Shown: piece after piece, positions 1 to 9,691 of the stretch
Layout: the number at the start of each line of letters is the position of its first letter
How positions within the stretch are numbered: the first letter of the stretch is position 1
Virus record (IMG/VR): IMGVR_UViG_3300014205_000174
Direction: 5' to 3' (one strand)
DNA from: a virus
Taxonomy: Duplodnaviria; Caudoviricetes
Length of the DNA stretch: 64,000 nucleotides
Made by a program: the position numbers and the translations under genes
Notes under the pieces: generated by a model
Database searches by the model: none
What the model was told of the DNA's origin: nothing
The model's input: the letters and a program-made list of their open reading frames with translations, nothing else

Positions 1-339
1 AAGTCAAAGGCTACCGCGAATAAAGCTGCGCATAAACCGACACCAGCCAAAGCGGATATGCCGTCTCTCGAAAAGAGAGTAGGTGCACTGGAGATGCTGC
101 ACGGGATTCCCCCTCGTGGCAATCCCGGAAACGGCCAAGGCCCTATAGCGGGTGCTTTTTCCGTGCCTTTTATCGGCCCTTTACTCATGAGTGATGATTG
201 TGACGAGTGCAAGGAAGCTGCTTATCGTAAGCAAAAGCTGCAACGCAAAGTGGTTATGAATGTCTTTGTGATGGGTATAGGCGTAGGTATGATACTTTCC
301 TCATTTATTATCTCCTCTCTTATGAGGCGGTACGACTAA
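1..339 (+). CDS. hypothetical membrane protein, probably 5'-truncated by the window edge
   Basis: Frame is open from base 1; C-terminal hydrophobic helix (VVMNVFVMGIGVGMILSSFIISSLM) followed by RR. Confidence 0.6.
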   Translation, partial: KSKATANKAAHKPTPAKADMPSLEKRVGALEMLHGIPPRGNPGNGQGPIAGAFSVPFIGPLLMSDDCDECKEAAYRKQKLQRKVVMNVFVMGIGVGMILSSFIISSLMRRYD

Positions 340-344
340 AATAT

Positions 345-3300
345 ATGGGCGTAACAAAGGCCACTAAAAATAAACCGACCAGTAAAAAGCCTTCTGCCGC
401 GAAGGCCGGTGTTGTATTGCCTGTACCGGCAACGCCAGCTCAATTGCGCCGTCGCTGGAATAAAAAAACTAGCCAGGTGGAAAAGCTGGCAAATAATATC
501 CAAAGCCTGCGGTATAATCTCACTACTGATATGAAGAGTGATGACCAGAAGGTGTTTCTGACGGCTCTTTGTGTAAAGTGCATGGAGCTTACTGGTGAGC
601 GTGTCGGCAATGACGAAAGCGCTGCTAATGGGCATAGGGGTATTACTGGATTGCTTAAATCCCAGGTAAAGGTAGAAGGTAATAAGGTTTCATTCCGGTA
701 TACCGGTAAGTCCGGGGTTAACCAGGATAAATCCGTAACGGATGAAAAACTCGCTGATGGCATACGTCGTGCGAAGGAAATATCCAAAGCGAAGTATCTT
801 TTTTGTACAGATGACGGGTTTAAGATAAAGAATGACCGCGTCAACAGGTATCTGGCTGACTTTGAGATTACGGCAAAGGACTTGAGGGGCTTTTCTGCCA
901 ACCGCTGGCTGATACAGAAGTTAGTGGCCAATGATATCGCTGACGAGGAGAAGGACAGAAAAAAAGACTTCAATGCATTTGCAAAGGTTGTTGCTGCGAA
1001 AGTGGGCCACGGTACCGGCATGCTGAAAAACCAATACCTCATACCGGGGTTGGAAAAGGCGTATGTAGAGGAAGGCAAAATAATAGACATCAAGGATATT
1101 GCCGGATATAAAAAAGGTGGTGGCGTTGAAAAGATGGAAAAGGGTGGTGTTGTGGCTAAAAAAGAATCCACTAAAAAACCAAGTCCCAGTGAACCTGCGG
1201 GAAAGACAATAAAATATTCCGAGTTTAAAGAAGATATCCAAACGTTTATATTTCAGTTCCTAGAGGATAGCGGGGCTCCGGATAAGATTCTCGATAACCT
1301 ATACCGCGCAAGGTTTGTGGTTAAGCCGTATCCTATAAAAAATATTTCTCCGGAAGTAAATGAGGCGTCCCTGGATAAAGACCGGGGTGTACAACATGCG
1401 GCAAAGTTCAAAAAAGACAAGTACCAGCCGGTAATATTTTTCAACAACAAACTGATTGATGGCTTCCACAGGGCCTATTCTGAAAAACAAAAGGGTGCAT
1501 CGGTTCTGTATGGTATCGAGCTGTCTGATGTTTTGCATGAAAAGAAGGCGGAGCTGAAGGCCGGCGGCCAGGTATCCAAGCCCGACCCATTTAACGAATG
1601 GTTTGCCGGCAGTAAAGTTGTCGATAGCAAGGGCCAGCCACTTATTGTTTATCATGGCACCGATGCTGAAAATATTACAACATTCAATATTGATTTAGTT
1701 CGCGATAAATTTGGTTTCTGGTTTTCTGACGATAAGGAGTTCTCGGAAATGTTTGGCACTACAGCCATACCGGTATACCTGTGCATTAAAAACCCGCATG
1801 TAATAAGCAAAGAAAAATGGGACGATATCCGACGTGCGCATGCAAAAGATGCAGTGTGGTTTGCATCATGGCGTGACCAGTTAATATCCAAAGGTAAAGA
1901 TGCGCTGATAATTGAAAGCAGCGATACGACCTTTGCTGGCACGAAAATACGTAATCCAGAAATTTATGCGGTATTCCATCCAACGCAAATAAAGCTTGCT
2001 GACGGCTCCAATACCACATTTGACGGCAACAACCCAGACATTCGATTTGAGAAGGGCGGCCATATATATCGCAGTGTTGGCATGGAAGGTTACCTGGTGG
2101 GTAAAAGCAGGTGTCCATATATCGGCAAAGAAAAAGAAATTGATGCTTACGACACGGATATCCGTTGCTTCGTTTCCGAAACCAACGATACCTACCGGTT
2201 TATTTATGTTGTAAACAAAAAGAATGTTTCCGTTCTTCATATTCAAAAGGAAGGTGCTGACTGGGTAATCCGCAATGCATTTACCTTAGAGCATCACCGC
2301 AGACATGGGTATGGCCGGAGTCTTTACCTTGAGGCGCAGAAACATTTGCGCAGAGTTGTATTTTCGTCCAATTTGAGCCAGGAAGGCAAGGCATTTAAAG
2401 AAAATGTTACTCTAGAAATGCATATTGGTAATAATACGGAAATCGGTAGGATTGACGATGAAACAGATACCCAGTTTCAGATAAAAGGAACGTGGTATGC
2501 AAAATGGATAATAAAGCCAGCGGCGGTCGCTGAAGATAATGAAGGTATACTTGTTCCGGATAAGATAAAGCCGACGATGATTATATCTGCATTTTCAAAT
2601 GAGATGGATTGGGATAAGGTAGAGCGGTATGCTGATATTATGAAGGAAAGTGGTATGGAGCATGGTTTCCCTGCTATATCTGGGTATCCTATTATTATTG
2701 ATGAAAACGAAATTGGAGACCAGTTTCTTACCGGTGAGGAAGTGTCTGAACATCATGTTGGTCAGTTAGCGTGGAAGGTAACCAACGGCCATCATCGTTC
2801 TTTGGGGGCCATAAAGGCAGCTCTGCCATGGATTGACGTTGAGCTTGATTATAGTACGGTAACTAACATGGAGCGCCATAAGCGCACAAACGGCAAGTAC
2901 TACGAATCTGGCGGCATTACCGAAGATGATGAACCGAAGTCGACATTAGACCAGCTAAAAGAAGATGTTTCCGCTTGCAGGAACTTTGACATTTTCAGGG
3001 GCAGAATTGCCCTGCGCGAACCAGATGAGGTTAACGAGATAATGACTGTCCTTGGTCTTGAAAAAGCAACTACCAGGGAAATTGGTGATATTAATCTGAA
3101 AAAGCTGAAGGACTTTTATACTCAGGAAAAGCGCATAGTAAATGAGCGTCGTAAGATAAGGGGCAATGAGGCGGCAGCTATCCGCACTGAAAAAAATGTT
3201 GAGAATATCTTTGACCTTGCTAAAATATTAGGTGACGACATGGATAAGGCTGTACTGGATTACGAAGAAAAGAAAGCCGCTATCAAATACCCGGTACAAT

Positions 3301-4814
3301 TAATTACCGTGGAGCCATCTATTTTAGATGTGCTCAATGGCCTTTCGGATAAAGGATGCAGGGCGCTGATAGTTGGTGGCGCTGTCCGTGACGCTATTCT
3401 GGGCATCACCCCGAAAGATATAGACATAGAGGTTTATAACATAACCTACGCAGACCTGAGCGAATACTTATCGCAGTACGGGAGAGTTAACCTTGTTGGT
3501 AAGAACTTTGGGGTTATTAAGTTTAATCCGGCAGCAGGTGGAATGGAATACGACTTCTCCGTTCCAAGAAGGGAAAACAAGATAGGTGTAGGCCACAAAG
3601 AATTTGAAGTGACCTTTGATACCACCATGACCATAAAGGATGCCGCAATGCGCAGGGACTTTACGTTTAACTCCCTTGCGTATGACCCGGTATCCAATAC
3701 GGTGTATGATTACTTTAATGGCCTGATGGATATCCGGCTCAAAGTAATAAGGCACACGTCTGAAAAGTTTACTGAGGACGCGCTGAGAATACTCAGGGCC
3801 ATGCAGTTCCAAGCCAGATTTGATTTCACCATCGCTGAGGATACCAATACCTTAATGCGGGAAATGCTTACTACCTCTGATGAGTTTGCATCCTTGCCAA
3901 AGGAGCGTGTTTTCGAAGAGTGGTACAAGTGGGCCTCAAAGGGCGTCCGCCACGACCTTATATTCTCGTTCATGCGGGATTGCGGCCTTATCGACTGCTA
4001 CCCGGTATTAAAGGCGCTGGCAGAAACGCCGCAGGACGCTGTGTATCACCCGGAGGGGAATGTGGAGGTGCACACTACCTTATGTCTGACTTATATGGAC
4101 TCTATCTTGTCCCGGATGCCGGATATCCCGGCTGACGAGAAAGTAGTGCTGGTAATGTCCACGCTGCTTCATGATGTCGGTAAGCCTGCAACTACAGAGG
4201 AGCAGCTAAAGAATGGCAGAATGACGATTACAAGCAATGGCCATGAGGCATTGGGCGGTAAGATGTGTCATGATTTTTTACCTTCGCTTGGGTTCCATAA
4301 AGATTTGGTAGACCCTATAGCTAATATTGTAGCTAATCATTTGGCTGGCGTGAATATTACCATGATACCGCATGAGAGTGGCAGGGTAAAGGCAGTAAAG
4401 AAGCTAAGTAAGCGATTGTACCCGGCAACTATCCAGCAATTGCTGCATGTGATGGATGCAGACAGTAATGGGCGTGGCTGGGAAGAATACAAAGAACCTA
4501 CCGGTGCAAAGGAGCTGACGACCATAGCCGCAGACATAAACGTGACGGACAGGCCCTATGAATTTATACTTCTGGGGCGTCACCTTATAGAAGCAGGGCT
4601 AAAGCCGTCTCCTGCATTCGGGGAGATTTTACGTAAAGCAAACGAGGCCCAGTTAAACGGCGAATTTAATGATATTACCGGTGGCAGGCAGTGGCTGAAG
4701 GATAATTTGGATAGCTTTGTCAATGGCGGCATTATTAGTGCACCAGTTGATTTGTTTGCCGACTCGCCTGGTGCACCAGTTGTAAATAGTGCAGTGCCGG
4801 ACTTATTTCAATAA
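345..4814 (+). CDS. polyvalent polyprotein: topoisomerase IB catalytic domain + ParB-like + ART-PolyVal ADP-ribosyltransferase + GNAT + ParB-like + class II CCA-adding nucleotidyltransferase with HD domain
   Basis: TopoIB residues RVGN, GKSG, KDLR, GH, QY. ParB-like LIDGFHR and VTNGHHR. ART: SKVVDSKGQPLIVYHGT..GFWFS..PVYLCIKNP..QIK. GNAT: HRRHGYGRSLY. CCA: VGGAVRD..KDIDIEV, RRDFTFN, EDALRILRAMQF. HD: YHPEG..HT..LLHDVGK. Confidence 0.9.
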   Translation: MGVTKATKNKPTSKKPSAAKAGVVLPVPATPAQLRRRWNKKTSQVEKLANNIQSLRYNLTTDMKSDDQKVFLTALCVKCMELTGERVGNDESAANGHRGITGLLKSQVKVEGNKVSFRYTGKSGVNQDKSVTDEKLADGIRRAKEISKAKYLFCTDDGFKIKNDRVNRYLADFEITAKDLRGFSANRWLIQKLVANDIADEEKDRKKDFNAFAKVVAAKVGHGTGMLKNQYLIPGLEKAYVEEGKIIDIKDIAGYKKGGGVEKMEKGGVVAKKESTKKPSPSEPAGKTIKYSEFKEDIQTFIFQFLEDSGAPDKILDNLYRARFVVKPYPIKNISPEVNEASLDKDRGVQHAAKFKKDKYQPVIFFNNKLIDGFHRAYSEKQKGASVLYGIELSDVLHEKKAELKAGGQVSKPDPFNEWFAGSKVVDSKGQPLIVYHGTDAENITTFNIDLVRDKFGFWFSDDKEFSEMFGTTAIPVYLCIKNPHVISKEKWDDIRRAHAKDAVWFASWRDQLISKGKDALIIESSDTTFAGTKIRNPEIYAVFHPTQIKLADGSNTTFDGNNPDIRFEKGGHIYRSVGMEGYLVGKSRCPYIGKEKEIDAYDTDIRCFVSETNDTYRFIYVVNKKNVSVLHIQKEGADWVIRNAFTLEHHRRHGYGRSLYLEAQKHLRRVVFSSNLSQEGKAFKENVTLEMHIGNNTEIGRIDDETDTQFQIKGTWYAKWIIKPAAVAEDNEGILVPDKIKPTMIISAFSNEMDWDKVERYADIMKESGMEHGFPAISGYPIIIDENEIGDQFLTGEEVSEHHVGQLAWKVTNGHHRSLGAIKAALPWIDVELDYSTVTNMERHKRTNGKYYESGGITEDDEPKSTLDQLKEDVSACRNFDIFRGRIALREPDEVNEIMTVLGLEKATTREIGDINLKKLKDFYTQEKRIVNERRKIRGNEAAAIRTEKNVENIFDLAKILGDDMDKAVLDYEEKKAAIKYPVQLITVEPSILDVLNGLSDKGCRALIVGGAVRDAILGITPKDIDIEVYNITYADLSEYLSQYGRVNLVGKNFGVIKFNPAAGGMEYDFSVPRRENKIGVGHKEFEVTFDTTMTIKDAAMRRDFTFNSLAYDPVSNTVYDYFNGLMDIRLKVIRHTSEKFTEDALRILRAMQFQARFDFTIAEDTNTLMREMLTTSDEFASLPKERVFEEWYKWASKGVRHDLIFSFMRDCGLIDCYPVLKALAETPQDAVYHPEGNVEVHTTLCLTYMDSILSRMPDIPADEKVVLVMSTLLHDVGKPATTEEQLKNGRMTITSNGHEALGGKMCHDFLPSLGFHKDLVDPIANIVANHLAGVNITMIPHESGRVKAVKKLSKRLYPATIQQLLHVMDADSNGRGWEEYKEPTGAKELTTIAADINVTDRPYEFILLGRHLIEAGLKPSPAFGEILRKANEAQLNGEFNDITGGRQWLKDNLDSFVNGGIISAPVDLFADSPGAPVVNSAVPDLFQ

Positions 4815-4834
4815 CACACGCTTAATCACACAAT

Positions 4835-7336
4835 ATGTCAGTAAAAACTTTACCAAAACCAAATAGGGGTACTGGGTACCTGGCTGGCAAGCAGAACGGC
4901 AAGACTGTTATACATACAGATGGCGACCTTGGGGGCGTACTCGTTGGTGCGCGGCACAGCGATGGCGGCATACCTGCTGTCAACGAGAGCACCAATAAGC
5001 CGCTGGAGGTGGAAAAGGGTGAGGTGAGCATTACGTCTAAGGCCGTGACCAATACTGAAGTATATAATTTTGATGGGCAAGAAATGACCGCTAAGGAAGT
5101 GCTTTCGAAAATAAATAGTGACGCCGGCGGGGTTAAGTTTAAAAAGGGCGGTACGGTTGAGCGTACCTATAGCCTGAATGGTCAGCAAATGACCGATAAG
5201 CAGATTGAGCAAAAACTGCATGGGAATAAAATTGAAGACAAAAGGGACGGGAATAAAATTTCCTACTCCGGTGGCGAAATTATAATTACCCGACCCGCTG
5301 TTATGTCTAAGGAGACCCATAATTTCTGCGGTAGTCAGCTTACGAACTTTCAAATCCTATCTAAGATTAATGTGGATAGTGGCGGCATAGCCTTTGCGGA
5401 TGACAATGCAGACGTATCAGTAAAGCCTAATGACCTGGAATATGAATTTGGTGGGAAGGTCATGAAGGGATATGAGATAGTTGAGCAATATGCATGCGGA
5501 TGTAAAATGGAAGATGGTGGTGTGGTGAATGATTATCCAACTGTAAAGTTATCAACCATCAAGAAGCTGCAATGGTATGTGCGTCCTGACGGCAAGACAG
5601 AGTTACAGGCGGAAATTAATGGGGAGCATAAAAAAGCCGTATTTGATGATGCCGATAATAAAATAGGCTATTATGGTTTATGTAATACTGCGGACAATGC
5701 ACTTAAGTTACTTGAAAAGTATTTTAAGATAAAAATAAAACGCGATAAGTATCCTGGGTACTTTGATTCTGGTGGTGAAATAGCAGACACCGACTATGAA
5801 ATAATTCCCGCAGAGAATAGCGGGCGTGGCGTGACAGAAAAAGTTCGTATTACTGATGATAAAGGCAGGGTGGCCGAATATTCTATTTTCGGCGGCGATA
5901 TACCTTATGCCATACAGTGTGCGCGGCAATCATTAAAGTGGCAGCAGGAAATTGACGATATAGTTGGCCCTGAAGGGGATTTATCTGAATATGCACAGTC
6001 TATTTATGACAATGCGCTGACCAGGTATAAAAAAGCGGATGATAGAAAGAAAAAGGAACTATTGCGTAAGCTCAGGTTTAATATATCCATGATTAGGCCC
6101 GTTCTTAATTCAGTACAGGCTGGCAGTATTGAAAACATAGAATTTGTCCGCGCCGGTGAAAAATTCCTCAAAGACCACGCCCCTGATTTCATGAGACATG
6201 GTGGTGTCGCAGAAGGCGGCAGGCAGTCAAACTTTGATTTCCTCAGTGAAAAAATATCCTCTGGTGATTTAATCATTGACCGTAATGGCATAGTGAGAAC
6301 ATACGCATGGCATAGCGGTGATGGCAGGCTCGTCGTTGAATCCGATAATATACCAAGCCGCCATGGGCCAGTTACTATGTACAAAATAAAAGTAGACGGT
6401 GTTGAAAAAGAAACTACCGATGATTACGCCATGGCCCTGAATCATACGCGGGAATATTTCTTAAAGCATCAGGCTGGCTCTCACATGGAAGAAGGGGGCG
6501 TTATAGAAAGCCTTACTCCTCAGCAGCAATATGACATAGGGAATTACCTGCCAGTTAGAATAGGAGGCATAAATAATGGGTGTGCCTGGGCTGACGTATT
6601 TAATGACGAGGGCCTGCTATCTTCGGAGCCGAAGTCGCTGGATTACTATTATCAGATTGCCATTAAAATAAAACCCGGAGCGGCATACCTTGAAAGGGAG
6701 GGGTTCTGGGATGATTTCGCAGACCGCATGGAAGAGTTAGGGCGGCCGTTGTCGTATGAGCAAGGCGGTAGGCTCCAGGGTCGGGAAAATTGCACTTACG
6801 AGCAACTGGTTGCAAAATATCCAATGCGTGACGGCTATAGCATCGGCAATCTCCAGCTCGATAATGCTGCAACGGGTAAGACTACACCCTATTGCGTTGT
6901 AAATAAAAAAACCGGTGTATTAAATAAGCATGGGCGTGATGAAATGGAAGTTGTAGCATATTACCAGCAGATAGGGCAAAATACACTGCAACTATGCGAA
7001 AATCCATATGCTGCACGTAGCCAGGAGAAAGCGTTGGATAAGGACGTTATTGAAGATGTGTCCATAGAAATGGCTGATGTTAGTCAGGATAGTATGGAAG
7101 ATAATATAGCAGAATGCATAAAAAACCAGAATGCTCTTTACAAAAAAGTCAAGGCATCGAACTGGGACAGGCTTGCGAAAGCTACTTTTTATAGCATGAA
7201 ACTTACTGAAGCAAAGGCTAATTTCAGTACGTATCAAAATATAGAAGGGGAATTCATGTCGGAACTAATGAATATGTGCGATTGGTTGATGAACAAGTGG
7301 CAGAATGCGCTTGACGAGGTGCGGGTGCAAAAGTAG
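4835..7336 (+). CDS. modular polyprotein of unknown function with GG-delimited modules
   Basis: 833 aa; duplicated N-terminal unit (GE..IT..AV..E..NF.G..T..ILSKIN.D.GG); separators FKKGG, YEFGG, MEDGG, FDSGG, MRHGG, MEEGG, YEQGG. Confidence 0.75.
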   Translation: MSVKTLPKPNRGTGYLAGKQNGKTVIHTDGDLGGVLVGARHSDGGIPAVNESTNKPLEVEKGEVSITSKAVTNTEVYNFDGQEMTAKEVLSKINSDAGGVKFKKGGTVERTYSLNGQQMTDKQIEQKLHGNKIEDKRDGNKISYSGGEIIITRPAVMSKETHNFCGSQLTNFQILSKINVDSGGIAFADDNADVSVKPNDLEYEFGGKVMKGYEIVEQYACGCKMEDGGVVNDYPTVKLSTIKKLQWYVRPDGKTELQAEINGEHKKAVFDDADNKIGYYGLCNTADNALKLLEKYFKIKIKRDKYPGYFDSGGEIADTDYEIIPAENSGRGVTEKVRITDDKGRVAEYSIFGGDIPYAIQCARQSLKWQQEIDDIVGPEGDLSEYAQSIYDNALTRYKKADDRKKKELLRKLRFNISMIRPVLNSVQAGSIENIEFVRAGEKFLKDHAPDFMRHGGVAEGGRQSNFDFLSEKISSGDLIIDRNGIVRTYAWHSGDGRLVVESDNIPSRHGPVTMYKIKVDGVEKETTDDYAMALNHTREYFLKHQAGSHMEEGGVIESLTPQQQYDIGNYLPVRIGGINNGCAWADVFNDEGLLSSEPKSLDYYYQIAIKIKPGAAYLEREGFWDDFADRMEELGRPLSYEQGGRLQGRENCTYEQLVAKYPMRDGYSIGNLQLDNAATGKTTPYCVVNKKTGVLNKHGRDEMEVVAYYQQIGQNTLQLCENPYAARSQEKALDKDVIEDVSIEMADVSQDSMEDNIAECIKNQNALYKKVKASNWDRLAKATFYSMKLTEAKANFSTYQNIEGEFMSELMNMCDWLMNKWQNALDEVRVQK

Positions 7337-7338
7337 GT

Positions 7339-7779
7339 TTATTGTTCACTGCATGGCGGGTGGCCATATCGGGAAAAGTACCGGAGCGGGCGCATCATTT
7401 TGCCCTTAATCCAAAATCCCCAGTTCCGTAATGGTCGGCCAGTGATTAATATTGTCCAGCATCCACCTTTTTCTACATCTACATAATGTTTATGTAGTGC
7501 GGGCCGGTACCGGATACAGCCACGAGTAAGTTGCTCCTTCACAATTACACCGTCTTTTGATTCGGATACATCAGTATAGCTGCCACTTAAAACCAATGTA
7601 ACAAACCACCAGGCATGGTCGTGAAGATACCTTTTATCGTCACTCCTTAAAAAGTGATGTATGCGAATGGAGAAGCCGAATAATATCAGCACCCAGCGGT
7701 AGGCATATGGGCAGGATTTTTCGCCTAACGGCTCATTCCACCTGAGCTGAATGTTTTTTGTTTTCCAGAAAGGTTTCAT
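7339..7779 (-). CDS. cupin-fold protein
   Basis: IHHFLRSDDKRYLHDHAWWFVTLVLSGSY...HKHYV...WTILITG pattern of phage cupin-like proteins. Confidence 0.7.
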   Translation of the reverse strand: MKPFWKTKNIQLRWNEPLGEKSCPYAYRWVLILFGFSIRIHHFLRSDDKRYLHDHAWWFVTLVLSGSYTDVSESKDGVIVKEQLTRGCIRYRPALHKHYVDVEKGGCWTILITGRPLRNWGFWIKGKMMRPLRYFSRYGHPPCSEQ

Positions 7780-8309
7780 CGTTTATATATTCTAAGCATT
7801 GCAGTAGGTACAGTGCGGTCTTTTTCCATAAAGGTATTGTCTGGCAGCATATGGAGGGAGTATTCTTTGTCAGATAACCACTCCCTGAATTTCACCTGGA
7901 TAGGTTCGTTATTTGTCAGCCAATACGGTGATGTGAGCGTCACCAATAATCCTTTCTTCTTCAGGTGGCTGTACATTTTTTCTATATGCAGCACATCGGT
8001 ATTGCCTTTAAAGGGAGGACATGCAATAATTCTGTCGAACTTGATATCTGTTTTGAATTCAAGAAAGTCGGCGTGGTAGATAGTTCTTGATGGGTTGGTC
8101 ATTGCCCCTAAAGAAAGATAGCGACATTTTTCTTTGTTCAATTCCACCATATGATACTGCATGCCGGTGAAAGAATAGCACCTATCTATAGTGTCAATTA
8201 TTTTACCCATGCCTGCTGATGGTTCAAGTAAGGTCATGTTGTCCGACAAGGCAGCCATGTTTATTAAGCCCTTGCAAACGCTATGGGGCGTTTCTCTTAT
8301 TGTGCTCAT
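7776..8309 (-). CDS. SAM-dependent N6-adenine-type methyltransferase-like protein (motif IV is CPPF)
   Basis: LEPSAGMG motif I, VELN, DFL, FDRIIACPPF. Confidence 0.8.
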   Translation of the reverse strand: MSTIRETPHSVCKGLINMAALSDNMTLLEPSAGMGKIIDTIDRCYSFTGMQYHMVELNKEKCRYLSLGAMTNPSRTIYHADFLEFKTDIKFDRIIACPPFKGNTDVLHIEKMYSHLKKKGLLVTLTSPYWLTNNEPIQVKFREWLSDKEYSLHMLPDNTFMEKDRTVPTAMLRIYKR

Positions 8310-8330
8310 TGAATGTAAGATTTGAAATTA

Positions 8331-8374
8331 AAAAGTGGCAATGAAATAGTAAACTAAACTATCACATTGCCACT
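8331..8374 (-). terminator. intrinsic terminator downstream of the tRNA
   Basis: AGTGGCAATG...CATTGCCACT inverted repeat followed by a T run on the - strand. Confidence 0.65.
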
Positions 8375-8384
8375 CACATCATCG

Positions 8385-8546
8385 TCGCGCTTCATGGGCT
8401 CGAACCACGGGCCTCCACCATTGAAACTCAAAAGCTCCGGCATTATTTACACAAAGGCCAGCTTGCAATCCGGCTCCCATGCTTTAGGGCGTTTACTATT
8501 AAGTTTGCGCATCAGGGTGACGCTCTACCAACTGAGCTAAAGCGCG
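8385..8546 (-). tRNA. tRNA with an about 89-nt insertion in the anticodon loop; identity ambiguous (GAT or TCA); CCA not encoded
   Basis: Acceptor CGCGCTT/AAGCGCG+A; D arm GCTC-AGTTGGTA-GAGC; anticodon stem TCACC/GGTGG enclosing 96 nt (8420-8515); T arm CGTGG-TTCGAGC-CCATG. Confidence 0.8.
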
Positions 8547-8583
8547 ATTTATTTAAAGAACTTGTTTGATTTGAATAGTGTAT

Positions 8584-8600
8584 TGCAAAGTGCGTGCCAA
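8584..8600 (-). promoter_or_regulatory. sigma-54-type -24/-12 promoter upstream of the tRNA
   Basis: TTGGCACGCACTTTGCA matches YTGGCACG-N4-TTGCW. Confidence 0.7.
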
Positions 8601-8627
8601 ACTTTCTACCTGTCGCACAAAGGTTTG

Positions 8628-8978
8628 TTAATACCCATCTGCATCGAAAATCGGAAAGAATAATCTATTATCTTCTGTCCAAAAACCCTCAATTACTCTC
8701 TTGTATAAAGTTGTTACTTCAATCTCTTTGGGTGGTGGTATTTTAGCAGATGGATATATTTCCTGAAAATCACACTCCCACATGCAAGCAGCAATGTTTT
8801 TTTTATTGTCAAGTAAATCAACAAATGAATAAGATTGCCAAGAAGCCCTATTTACTCCATTAACTTTCTTAGTTGGTTTGCTATGGAATATGACTATGCA
8901 GTTATAGTGTCCACCATATGACCCTATCCAAACAGGGCGAGAAGAAATCTTCGGTAATTTCAGTTTTACATGATTCAT
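8628..8978 (-). CDS. hypothetical protein
   Basis: 116-aa ORF co-oriented with its neighbours. Confidence 0.55.
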   Translation of the reverse strand: MNHVKLKLPKISSRPVWIGSYGGHYNCIVIFHSKPTKKVNGVNRASWQSYSFVDLLDNKKNIAACMWECDFQEIYPSAKIPPPKEIEVTTLYKRVIEGFWTEDNRLFFPIFDADGY

Positions 8979-9008
8979 TTTACAATAGCTTTAAGTGCGT
9001 CATTAATG

Positions 9009-9323
9009 TTATGCGGCCACCCGCTTGTAGCTAATAGTATAGATGTCATGTATGGGTACGTCGATAAACCCGCCATTGGTTTCCGGGTCTGTATCTTCGT
9101 CATTTATGTTTTCCTGCCGGTGGTGGTCTACGTTGAACTGGTACCCCTCCGCCTGAAATGAATCTTCGCCCAGGTTGTTCATTACACATTGGATAACTCC
9201 ACCGTTGATATCACCATGGCTAAAATGGAAGTAATAAGCATCTCCGTACTTTTCCAGGATACGCTGTATGGTAGCTTGATGTGTTTCTGCTACAGTATCG
9301 GTATTTGATTGTATCGTTGTCAT
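9009..9323 (-). CDS. hypothetical protein (start revised to ATG at 9323)
   Basis: MTTIQSN... lies just downstream of the sigma-54-type promoter; the longer ORF call runs through the promoter and a terminator. Confidence 0.6.
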   Translation of the reverse strand: MTTIQSNTDTVAETHQATIQRILEKYGDAYYFHFSHGDINGGVIQCVMNNLGEDSFQAEGYQFNVDHHRQENINDEDTDPETNGGFIDVPIHDIYTISYKRVAA

Positions 9324-9348
9324 AAAATAAACGTTGATACTTAGGTAA

Positions 9349-9365
9349 TGCAATTGGCGTGCCAA
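9349..9365 (-). promoter_or_regulatory. sigma-54-type -24/-12 promoter
   Basis: TTGGCACGCCAATTGCA. Confidence 0.7.
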
Positions 9366-9691
9366 ACTTTGGCAATCCCGTAATATTATTGCCAAACTTT
9401 TAAAACACAAAAGCCCCCCGGAATCCGTTGGGCTTTTGCTTTGATTTAGAACTTGTACGCTTGCGGCCATTTCCTGCCATTTCCGCCCGAGCTTGTCCAG
9501 TATGCTCGGTTCGTTTCTTGAAAGCTGCGGTATGTGGCCACCTTCCCGTCGCTTTCCTTTTAATCTTTCTCTTAAATCAGTACTACAAAATATAAATCAA
9601 ATATAACAAATTTCATGCCAAAATATATTATTGTTATAATCCGATTTGTCTCGGTTCCACTTTTTTAATAAATTTACAGGAAAGATTCAAA

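Noticed and set aside
8420-8515. Group I intron in the tRNA
   Set aside because: About 89 nt is too short and no catalytic core elements are recognisable
9324-9470. N-terminal extension of ORF 9009-9470
   Set aside because: Runs through a terminator and promoter motifs; ATG 9323 is more plausible
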